NCBI GenBank assembly: GCA_010093605.1
Contig: MU004190.1
Coordinates: 1,927,133-1,947,132, forward strand
Length of the DNA stretch: 20,000 nt
Reading direction: 5' to 3'
DNA from: Lophium mytilinum
Taxonomy: Eukaryota
How positions within the stretch are numbered: the first letter of the stretch is position 1; every line of letters starts with the position of its first letter. Under the pieces are notes generated by a model. It worked only from the letters and a program-made list of their open reading frames with translations, had not been told where the DNA came from and made no database searches. The position numbers and the translations under genes were made by a program. Below are positions 10,658 to 20,000 of this stretch, one piece after another.

Positions 10658-11590
10658 TAATAAAAAGGTATATTTTATATAATATTAGTTTCTATTATAG
10701 TACTACTAAAAAGTAACTTATATAGCTAAAGAAATTTAGGTTTAATCTAGTACTATAGTTATAGTAGTAACTTCTACTATTACTATTTATAGTACTAGTA
10801 GTATAAAAGCCTAGTATAGTTTTAATATAAATAGCTATAGTAACTAAAATATACTAGAAAAAAATAATAATTAAATATAGAGATTAAAAGAAATTATAAA
10901 ATATTATATAAAAAAAAATAGTTATAAAACTAAGTAGCTAGTTTTACTATAGCGCTATAAAAGAGTATAATTAAAAAGTAATTTTACTTTTTAATACTAG
11001 CTACTTATACTTTTATAAGCTAATATTATCTATAAAGTTTAATACTATCTTTCTTTTTTTTAAAGTTCTATATTTTTATAGAATAGCTATAGAATATAAG
11101 TATATAAATTACTCTCTAGTATTTATCTAAGTTACTTTTAATAACCTTTATATAATTAGTATAATAGATTATACTCTACTCTCTAGTTATATATTTACCT
11201 ATTACTAGCCTTCTACCTCTATATCTATTATATTATCTAGCGCCGCCTATATACTAGCCCGCCTAGTATCTATATATCTCTCTTCTCTATATATATAGTT
11301 TCTATCTAAAAGCCTCTCTTTCTACTTCTTATATAACCTCTTAAAATTAATCTATTTAGTTATCTTATACTACTAAGCTTCTCTATACTATAACTATAAT
11401 ATTAGATTATATCTAATACTCTAACTAGTACTAATTCTTTTTTACTATTACTATTTTAAACCTTAATTTTTATTTACTAAGCTATTTAATAAGCTTAGTT
11501 TATATATCTATATAACTATATCTATAATACTAAAAGAGTATATAGCTATACTACTTTATTTTACTAAGTACTATTACTATAGACTTTATA

Positions 11591-14119
11591 ATAAGTAATC
11601 TACTACCTCTACTAGGCGCTAGAGCCTCTACTAGTAACCTAGAATCTAGATATTCTAGGCGTAGTAGCTTATAATTATTCTTTTACTTTCTACTAACTTA
11701 TATATAGTTCTATATACTCTCTAAGTCTTCTTATAAGACTTTAAAGAGCGCGCCCCTCTAAAAGCTAACTAAAAAAGATATCTAGTAGTCTACTTAAAAA
11801 GATACCTAGTAGTCTATCTAAACTATATATATAGATACTTAGCTAATCTAAGAAAAAAAGAATTAGCTTACCTAAAATAAAGATACTACTAAAGATAATT
11901 ATATTAATAACTCTATATATACTCTAGACCTACTAGTCTATAGCTCTATTATTAAGTACTATACTTCTAGCTATAGCTATAACCTAGGTATATTTCTTAA
12001 CTCTATTAATAATATTACTAAATTTCTAGACTATTTACTTCTACCTAGTAATAAATAGTTTAATAGCTTAATTAAGATTATAGACTCTTAGAACTTTCTT
12101 ATATAAGTTTAAGCTAATTCTATCTACTTCTTCTATATTCTTAAAAGCTATTAAGCTACTACTAAGATTCTTTAGTAAATATATAAGAATAACTAGAAAG
12201 CGCAGTATAAGCTTTAAGATAAAATTAGAGTTCTTAAAGATAAATATAATAAAAAGAATAATAAGTTAGAAGCTATATATAAGAAACTTAAATACCTACT
12301 TAATATTAAAACTAAACTAGAAGAATATAAAAATAAACTCTATACTTATAAGAAGATAGTAGCTTTACTTAATAAAACTATTACTTCTCTTAATATAGAT
12401 ATTAAAGCCTAGTAGAAGAACTATATCTAAGCTAATAAGTAATTCTTAAAGTAAGAAAGAATTATTAAACGCCTTATAGCTAACCTTACTTAAGTAGCTA
12501 AGAATAAGTATAAATATAATACGCGCCTTACTACTCTAGAGAATAAAATTAAAATACTATAAATACTTTAGTATACTTCTATATTTATACCTATAGTAGC
12601 CTTTTTTATAATAACGCTCTCTATAGTACTCTATTCTATTATACCTTCTATTAACTCTATTATAGTAGTAGCTAAAGATCTACTTATCTTTCTTAATAAA
12701 GTAATCTATTTAGAAGAAGTATAAGCTAATAATAGCCCCTTAGTAGGCTATAATACTAATTAATCTTACTATACTATAGAGTATATAAATAAAAGTTAAG
12801 CTTACTATACCTTAAACTATATATGCGGTTGCTATAACTCTAGCCCGCCCTTATTTAATAATAGAAGCCCCCCTTATTACTATAATTATATATATAGTCT
12901 ATCTTATTATTATAATTACTTCTATAAGTATTACTTTTATTAATACTTATACTTATACTTATAATTATACTTATAATTATATTTATAAAATATAAGCTAT
13001 TACTATTACTAAAACCTCTATATTAAGACGTTTTAAGATTATTAAAATCTTAGTATTACTTTAAATAAAGTTTCTTATATAGAAGATAAGTTCTAGCCCT
13101 ATTTAAATAAGTTTAAAGGTAATAAAAATAAGTACTCTAAGTTCTATTATAGATTTCTAAATAAAGTTAACTATAGTAGCTATACTATATAATTTAGTAA
13201 GCCTCTATATCTTATATACCTTAGTAAATAACTTACTAGTATACCCCTTAAAGGCTTCCGTGCCTAATAAAATAGCTACTAGCCCTTTCTTACTATTTAG
13301 AAAGCTATAGTATTCTTAGACTTCTAATATAATAACCCTAATAAAATTAGTACTACTAAGAATAAGCTTTATAAACTTATCTAGATAAATAGTATAATAC
13401 CTAATTATATATAGAAACTAATAAAATTATATATAATTTACCTTCTAGACTATAAAGACTATAATAATATCTATAACCTTAAATAGAAACTCTATCTAGA
13501 TATTATTACTAGCGCTATTTTAGGTAAAGGTTTTACTACTAATTTATAGTATATTAATACTGCATATAAATAGCTCTATAATAATAGTATTAATAAGAAT
13601 ATATAACCTAATAACTATAGCTTTAGTAACTTTAACTATAACTAGCCCTAACGCTTTAATTATAATAGCCGTAACTATAATAACTATAATTATTATAACT
13701 ATAACTATAATTATAACTATAACTATACTCTATACCTTTTAACTACTACTACTATCTCTATAACCTAAAAGAATATTAAGATTATACCTCTTTCTAACTA
13801 GGCCCCCCCTAATAAACTCTATAAAGGTAATAAAGAAGTACTTATAAAAGAAGATAAGTATTTCTACTACTATCTTTCTAAGTACTTTACCTAAAATCTA
13901 TACTACTCTATAAATTAACTTAATAAATTAGGCTTTACTACTTACTAGATAGATATATCTCTAGCACCCTATTTTAATAATTATACTACTTGCGTTAAAG
14001 AACTTTTAAATAATAATAATAGTTTTAATAACTATAAAACCCTTAATAATAAGCGTAGCTCTAGCTACTCTAAAGGTAAAGGTTCTAAGGGAGGTTTTTA
14101 GAGAAAAGTAAGGTTATAA
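11591..14119 (+). pseudogene. gag: RIP-degraded Ty3/Gypsy gag ORF (~840 codons)
   Basis: One frame runs from ATA(=ATG) AGT AAT CTA CTA CCT at 11591 through a coiled-coil-like segment (~12200-12560). It then passes a retrotransposon-gag-like segment (~13320-13420, de-RIPs to FQYDDPNKIGTAKNKLHKLIQTNSTIPDYIQK), an Asn-rich linker and a zinc-knuckle relic (13859-13903, TAT TTC TAC TAC...TAC = CFYC-x4-H). De-RIPing is inference. Confidence 0.7.
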
Positions 14120-14139
14120 ACTATAGTTGCGGTCTATAA
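14101..14139 (+). promoter_or_regulatory. Relic -1 programmed ribosomal frameshift signal at the gag/pol junction
   Basis: G AGA AAA (de-RIP G GGA AAA) in gag phase, a 6-nt spacer, then TTATAAACTATA-GT-TGCGGTCTATAA. The two arms mismatch only at RIP-type transitions. The protease frame is -1 relative to gag. Confidence 0.6.
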
Positions 14140-14900
14140 TACTAAAAGAACTTAGTTATAGAAAATTTTTAATATAGAAGGATTATTATTTTAGTAGCCT
14201 TTTTAAGTAAAGTATAATAGAAACTATTTTAAAATAAAGATAGAGAATTTAATATTAAGTAGGTAAATAATATAGTTCTTTTAGTAATAGTATAAACCTA
14301 TAGAAAAGAATAACCTATAAAAATAATAAAAATTAATTCTTATTTTAATTATAGAGCTACTAATTTATTTACTAGTACTAAGTTTATATATCTAGTAAAT
14401 CTACCTCTAAAACCCCTTAAAAAAGCCTAAGTTCTTAAACTAGCTAATAGATTAGCTATTACCTAAAAAGTAATATATAAAGCCCTTCTTAGTATAAATA
14501 TAAATAGCTATTAGAGCTATTACTAGGCTTATATTACTAACCTAGAAGACTATAATATTATTATAGAACTTAACTAGCTTTAAGAATATAACCTAGCTAT
14601 TAACTAGAAAGCTAGATATCTAGATTTTATATATTCTTATTATAAGCCCTATAAGAACTATATATACTATTTTAACTATAACTCTATTACTATTTAGGTA
14701 AATAGTATATATTCTTATAATATACCTAATAATTACTATAACTTTATAGACTAGAAATCTATTAGTATAGACGCCTATCTATAAATCTACTATAATACTC
14801 TACTATAATACTTAGGCTTAGGTTTAGAGATATTACTAATATTTTTCTCTTTTTTTTTAAAAATAACTACTCTATAAAGTACTACTAGCGTATTCTAAGC
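14140..14900 (+). pseudogene. pol: RIP-degraded Ty3/Gypsy pol 5' part (aspartic protease), truncated before reverse transcriptase
   Basis: 14344-14370 reads FNYRATNLF (de-RIP FDCGATDLF). Then LKLANR (LKLADG) and YNIIIELN*L*EYNLAIN*K (YDIIVGLNWLQEHNPAIDWK), the typical Gypsy protease C-terminal motif. No RT motif was recognised downstream. Confidence 0.8.
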
Positions 14901-14966
14901 TTTTTATAAAGATATAGAAATTATTTACTACCTTATATTTTAGATATCTAAAGAAATATTAAAACG

Positions 14967-15820
14967 CTAGAATAATAATATTTTAGTATATTAATATACT
15001 ATAATATTTTTCTTTAAACTTCTCTTTAAATTGCGTTTTAACCTCTTTATACTATACTATAGATTTAAGTATAATAATATACTAGAATAATTATTAAAAT
15101 ATAGCTATATACTAGAACTATAATATTTTAGTATATTAATATACTATAATATTTTTCTTTAGACTTCTCTTTAAATTGCGTTTTAACCTCTTTATACTAT
15201 ACTATAGATTTAAGTATAATAATATACTAGAATAATTTTTAAGATATAGCTATATACTAGAACTATAATATTTTAGCATATTAATATGCTATAATATTTT
15301 TCTTTAAATTCTTCTTTAAATTATATTTTATCTCTTTATACTATACTATAGATTTAAGTATAATAATATACTAGAATAATCTTTAAGATGTAGCTATATA
15401 CTAGAACTATAATATTTTAGTATATTAATATACTATAATATTTTTCTTTAGACTCTTCTTTAAATTATATTTTAATCTCTTTATACTATACTATAGATTT
15501 AAGTATAATAATATACTAGAATAATCTTTAAAATATAGCTATATGCTAGAACTATAATATTTTAGTATATTAATATACTATAATATTTTTCTTTAGACTC
15601 TTCTTTAAATTGCGTTTTAATTTCTTTATACTATACTATAGATTTAAGTATATTAATATACTAGAATAATCTTTAAAACGTAGCTATATACTAGAACTAT
15701 AATATTTTTATATTTAAATATGCTAGAATAATATTTAAAATATAACTATATACTAGAACTATAATATTTTAGTATATTAATATACTATAACATTTTTCTT
15801 TAGACTTCTCTTTAAATTAT
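14967..15820 (+). repeat. 145-bp tandem array (5 full units plus a 62-bp short unit and a partial unit)
   Basis: The unit start CTAGAA(C/T)(T/A)ATAATATTTT recurs at 14967, 15112, 15257, 15401, 15546, 15691 and 15753. Confidence 0.92.
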
Positions 15821-15896
15821 ATTATAACTTTTAGCTTTTATATTCTCTTTAGACTCTCTTTAAGATCTATTATTATAAGCTAGACTTTTTCTTACT

Positions 15897-16452
15897 TTAC
15901 TAATATCTCTATTATCTTTAAACTCTTTCCTATCTTACTAATATCTCTATTATCTTTAGACTCTCTCTTACCTCTTTAGCTTCTCTTCTACCTTGCTAAT
16001 ATCTCTATTATCTTTAGACTCTCTCTTACCTTATTAGCCTCTTCTCTACCTTACTAATATTTTTATTATCTTTAGACTCTTTTTTACCTTATTAGCCTCT
16101 CCTCTACCTTACTAATATCTTTATTATCTTTAGACTCTCTCTTACCTCTTTAGTCTCTTCTCTATCTTATTAATATCTCTATTATCTTTAGACTCTATTT
16201 AAGATATATTATAAAGAGAATAGAGAGTAAGGTAATATTAGAAAGATAAAAGAGAGTATAAAGATAATAGAAATATTAGTAAGGTAAGAGAGAGTCTAAA
16301 GATAATAGAAATATTAGTAAGGTAGAGAAGAGGCTAATAAGGTAAGAGAGAGTCTAAAGATAATAAAGATATTAGTAAGGTAGAAAAGGCTATAGATAAG
16401 GTAAGAGAGAGTCTAAAGATAATAGAGATATTAATAAGGTAAGAGAGAGTCT
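15897..16452. repeat. Head-to-head (foldback) arrays of a 58/38-bp unit
   Basis: TTACTAATATCTCTATTATCTTTAGACTCTCTCTTACC-like units start at 15897, 15935, 15993, 16051, 16109 and 16167. Reverse-complement units run ~16255-16452 after a ~60-bp spacer. Confidence 0.88.
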
Positions 16453-16469
16453 AGCTAAGCTACTTAGTA

Positions 16470-17015
16470 TATCTCTCTTCTTTTTTCTTAATATATTATA
16501 AAGTTTAATTATAAAAATATCTTCTTTAGATACTCTCTTATCTCTAGAAGTTTTATTATATATCTTTTTTTTCTTTCTCTATAATTTTATTTTCTTAATT
16601 TAATAAATTCTTTCTATTTTCTACTACTATTAACCTAGAGTATTATACTCTATCTTATCTATATAAAATCTCTCTTATATTTAATTATTTTCTTTAATCT
16701 ATCTTACTATTTCTATAATTAGCGCTAATAAGCTATCTTTAATAACCTTTAAAAGTACTATAGCCCTAGCTAGATTATTATAGTTTTCTTTTACTAATAA
16801 TATTTATTTATACTCTATCTTATAATTCTTTAGAGCCGCCTTATTAGTATTTATCTATATAATCTTATAATCTACTTATTTATATACTACGCCTGCTAAG
16901 TTGTATATAAGTAGTTTTAATGCAGTAATCTTAAAAGTAGTACTAATAATAAGAAGAGCGTCTAGGGCAGCTAATAGATTAGCTTTAGTAACTAATCTAA
17001 TAGCTTCTTTATTAT
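16470..17015 (-). pseudogene. Possible RIP-degraded coding relic, unidentified helical protein
   Basis: One minus frame reads KEAIRLVTKANLLAALDALLIISTTFKITALKLLIYNLAGVVYK*... with only TAA/TAG stops. No family recognised. Confidence 0.3.
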
Positions 17016-17259
17016 AATTTAGCCTATTATAGAAAGATACTTACGGCCTTAGCTATTTAATTATATATAGGTGTTTTTCTTAAGAGACTCTAGCTAGTTT
17101 AATCTTTTAATATTTTCTATATAATAGGCTTATAGGTCTCTTAAATAGATCTACCTCTAGATAGAAAATATTACTATAGTTTCTATATACTATATAATCT
17201 AAGAAACTATAAAGCTAAATAGTAATTAGCTAAGAACTATCTTATAGTAATAGTGTAGC

Positions 17260-17710
17260 GAAGGAAAGAAAAGAAAGCTAGACCTTAAGGCTGTTAATAT
17301 TCTAGGTATAGAGTTAGAGCAGCCTACTATAAGAAGCTAAAGACGCAAGTATATAATAAAAAGAAGTAGGTTAAGCTACCTTAAATAGAAGGTATAGTAA
17401 CTAAATTATATTATAAAAAGCCTTAGTATAAGCTAGAATATTATAGATAGTCTTATAAAAGAGTGCCTTACCTAAAATAAAAGAGGTTAAGCTATACTAG
17501 AAAAGACCTAATAATAACTAGAAATCTAGAACTAAGTAGAATTAGTAGATATTTAATTATCTCTTATTTTAAGAGCTTTCTTACTACCTATAGATATAGA
17601 TATACCTGCACTAACTATAATAAGAATATATTATTTTATGCGTAGTACTATATAAATGCAATTAAGTAACTTAGTCTAAAAAGAATCTACTCTATCTTTA
17701 TTAAAGATAT
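17260..17710 (+). pseudogene. Possible RIP-degraded coding relic with basic region and heptad-like segment
   Basis: The frame reads EGKKRKLDLKAVNILGIELEQPTIRS*RRKYIIKRSRLSYLK*KV**LNYIIKSL. Stops are RIP-type. Confidence 0.3.
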
Positions 17711-18845
17711 AAAGCTATAGTAGTAGATCTATTAGACTTCTATATTTAGTATTAGTAAATAGATAAAGTAAGGCTCTACTAGTCTACTAGGCGCTACTAT
17801 AGAGATATTAAGGTAAGATATATATTAGGTTTAAATACTAAAGTACTAACTAGTAAACTAGTAAAATAAAGTTTTATTATTTCTAGTATATATATATACT
17901 CTAATTAGTTATTTATCTAGTAACTTACTAAAAAATAAAATACTATCTAATATATTTATACTAGCCTTTATACCTAATATATTTATATCTATTTCTCCCT
18001 AAAATAATTATAGGTAATAAGACTTAAGATAAAGAGCGCTACTACTAGCAGCTCTAGCTAGCTATAAGTATAGTTACGTTCTTTATTATTACTAATTATA
18101 CTAAAGAGAATATATAGTTTTATAAGGTAGCTATAAATATAGTTCTAGACTTTAAAAAGCTTATATTTTCTATAGTACTAGACTATAAGTTAACTATATA
18201 TATATTTCTTATAAATAATACTAATTAATATTAGGTTTCTCTAAATACTCTTATTCTAATTAAAGTAAATTTAATTAGGTCTATTTATATATAACGCTAA
18301 GAGTATAATTATAGGTAATAATACTATAATATTAGATAAAGGTAAAAAGTCTCTAGTTAGGGCTACTAAATAGAATACTATTACTACTATTAATAATGCT
18401 AATAAGTCTAATACTAAAAAGAAGACTAAGGAAGTTAAGGAGGAAAAGGTAGAAAAGCTAAAAAGTATAAAGAGAACGGTATTAGTTTAGATCTTAGAAA
18501 AAGCTAAAAAGAGTAAGAAGGCTAAAGATAAAAAGATAGAGTTATTATAGAGGCTAGAGGGTTAGAGTTATATAGGGAGAAGCGAGTTTAATATAAAGAA
18601 AATTAATCTTTAAGAATTATATATAGTATAACCTTATACTACCGCATTTAACTACTATAATATAAAATAAAGTATATATATAAAGAAGAATACTTAAAAT
18701 ATAATATAATAGCGTTCTATTAACTTTAATTTAATTTATAAGCTATAGTAGTAGCTTAAGGTAGATATAGAGAGGCTATAGAGTGCGCAGGTATAGAATA
18801 GAAATTACTTAAAGAGTTTAGTATAAAAATAGCCTTATACTTAAG

Positions 18846-18855
18846 NNNNNNNNNN
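18846..18855. other. Assembly gap (10 N)
   Basis: Run of n characters. Contiguity across it is not guaranteed. Confidence 1.
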
Positions 18856-19900
18856 TAATAAAGCCTTAGTAGTAATAACTAAGTAGTAAAAGCTAAGTAG
18901 TAATAAAGTAGTAAAATTACTCTAGATATAATAAGTAAGTAGTAATAATTAAGTAGTAATAAAAAGTAATAAGAAACTATAGGTAATAAAGCTTAAGTAG
19001 TAATAAAGATATAGTAATAAGCCTAAAGTAATAAACTAGAAGTAATAAAGCCTAGATAGTAATAAATTAGAGGTAATAAAGTCTAGATAGTAATAAATTA
19101 GAGGTAATAAAGTCTAAGTAGTAATAACTAAGTAGTAATAAACTAGAGGTAATAAATCTTAAGTAGTACTAGAGTAGTAGAACTAAACTAGAGGTAGTAA
19201 AGCCTAAATACTAGTAGCTAAGTAGTAATAAAGAAGTAGTAATAAAATAGAAGTAATAAAGTCTAAGTAGTAAAAGAAAAGTTATATTAAACTAAAAAAA
19301 GAAAAGTAATAGTAGTAATAAAGAAGTAGTAATAAAGAAGTAGTAATAAAGAAGTAGTAATAAAGAAGTAGTAATAAACTAAAGGTAATAAAGCTTAAGA
19401 AGTAATAAAGAAGTAGTAATATACTAGAGGTAATAAAGAAGTAGTAATAAACTAGAGTTAATAGACTCTAAGTAGTAATAACTAAGTAGTAATAAATAAG
19501 TAGTAATAAATCTAAAGTAATAAAGCCTAAGTATTAATAGAAGAGTAGAAATAAACTAGAAGTAATAAAGTCTAAGTACTAATAACTAGATAGTAATACT
19601 AAAGTAGTAATAAAGTAGTAGTAATAAACTCTAAGTAATAAAGAAGTAGTATTAAAGAAGTTATTCTAGATAAGTAGTAATTAACTTTAAGTAATAATAC
19701 CTAAGTAGTTATAAAGTAGAATAAAGCCTAAGTAGTAATATAGTAGTTAAAATAGACTAAAGGTAATAAAGTCTAAGTAGTTATAAAAAAGTACTAATAG
19801 AGTCTAAACTTTAAATTAAAGTAATAAAGTTAAAAGAGGTAGAAAGGTAGTAATAAAGTAGAAGTAATAAAAAGGTAGTAATAAAGTATTAATACTATTT
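18856..19900 (+). repeat. Degenerate ~14-20-bp minisatellite (AGTAGTAATAAA core; near-perfect AGTAATAAAGAAGT run at ~19314-19375)
   Basis: Dozens of (A/G)GTAATAAA cores separated by variable 5-11-nt segments, strongly purine-biased on the + strand. Confidence 0.85.
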
Positions 19901-20000
19901 TAATTAGTACTATAGAAGTAAAGATTAATACCGCATTAATTAGTACCGCGGTAGTATAGATTAATACCGGTAGTAAAGATTAATACTATATTAATTAATA

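Larger units (their letters stand above)
8497..10740 (-). pseudogene. RIP-damaged, transposon-interrupted gene for a Zn2Cys6-like Cys-rich protein
   Basis: The GC-rich 3' part (8793-8497) is an open 99-codon frame lacking a start: AKCVPGPGSAYEACYRGKKTCDIDDHLF...GWDVE*. TAC at 8763-8761 is plausibly RIP-mutated TGC. Upstream TAC TAT AAG TAT de-RIPs to CxxC. The frame continues plausibly after excising the two TIR elements. The 5' end is uncertain. Confidence 0.55.
8790..20000. other. AT-rich block mutated by repeat-induced point mutation (RIP)
   Basis: Abrupt change at ~8790. CpA/TpG almost disappear, TpA is in large excess, there is no ORF in the supplied track, and coding relics carry TAA/TAG where CAA/CAG/TGG are expected. 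Confidence 0.95.

Noticed and set aside
11231..11590. Possible 5' LTR beginning TATTAT (RIPed TGTTAT)
   Set aside because: No second LTR, PBS or TSD can be identified in the window to confirm it.
14967..19900. CRISPR-like interpretation of the repeat arrays
   Set aside because: Eukaryotic context, no cas genes, and the intervening segments are themselves repeated rather than unique spacers.
8790..20000. Mitochondrial insertion, contaminant or Starship captain as the source of the AT-rich block
   Set aside because: Dinucleotide pattern and transposon relics indicate RIP. No organellar genes or tyrosine-recombinase motifs were recognisable.

Overview
Filamentous-ascomycete genomic DNA with two sharply different halves. 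Positions 1-~8400 are GC-balanced and hold a compact intron-containing cluster: a Baeyer-Villiger monooxygenase (BVMO1, minus strand, runs off the left edge), a divergent 8-exon FabG-like short-chain dehydrogenase, a second BVMO with an atypical fingerprint, and a divergent Zn2Cys6 transcription factor. A 226-bp TA-flanked MITE lies in the BVMO2/TF promoter. From ~8790 to the end the DNA is extremely AT-rich with a strong RIP signature. Read manually, this half contains a Zn-cluster-like pseudogene interrupted by two related ~0.8-0.9 kb elements with ~100-bp TIRs and 8-bp TSDs. It also holds a Ty3/Gypsy gag-protease relic with a reconstructable -1 frameshift signal, a 145-bp tandem array, a head-to-head 58-bp array, further coding relics, a 10-N gap and a degenerate minisatellite. 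All calls come from manual reading; no database search was run.
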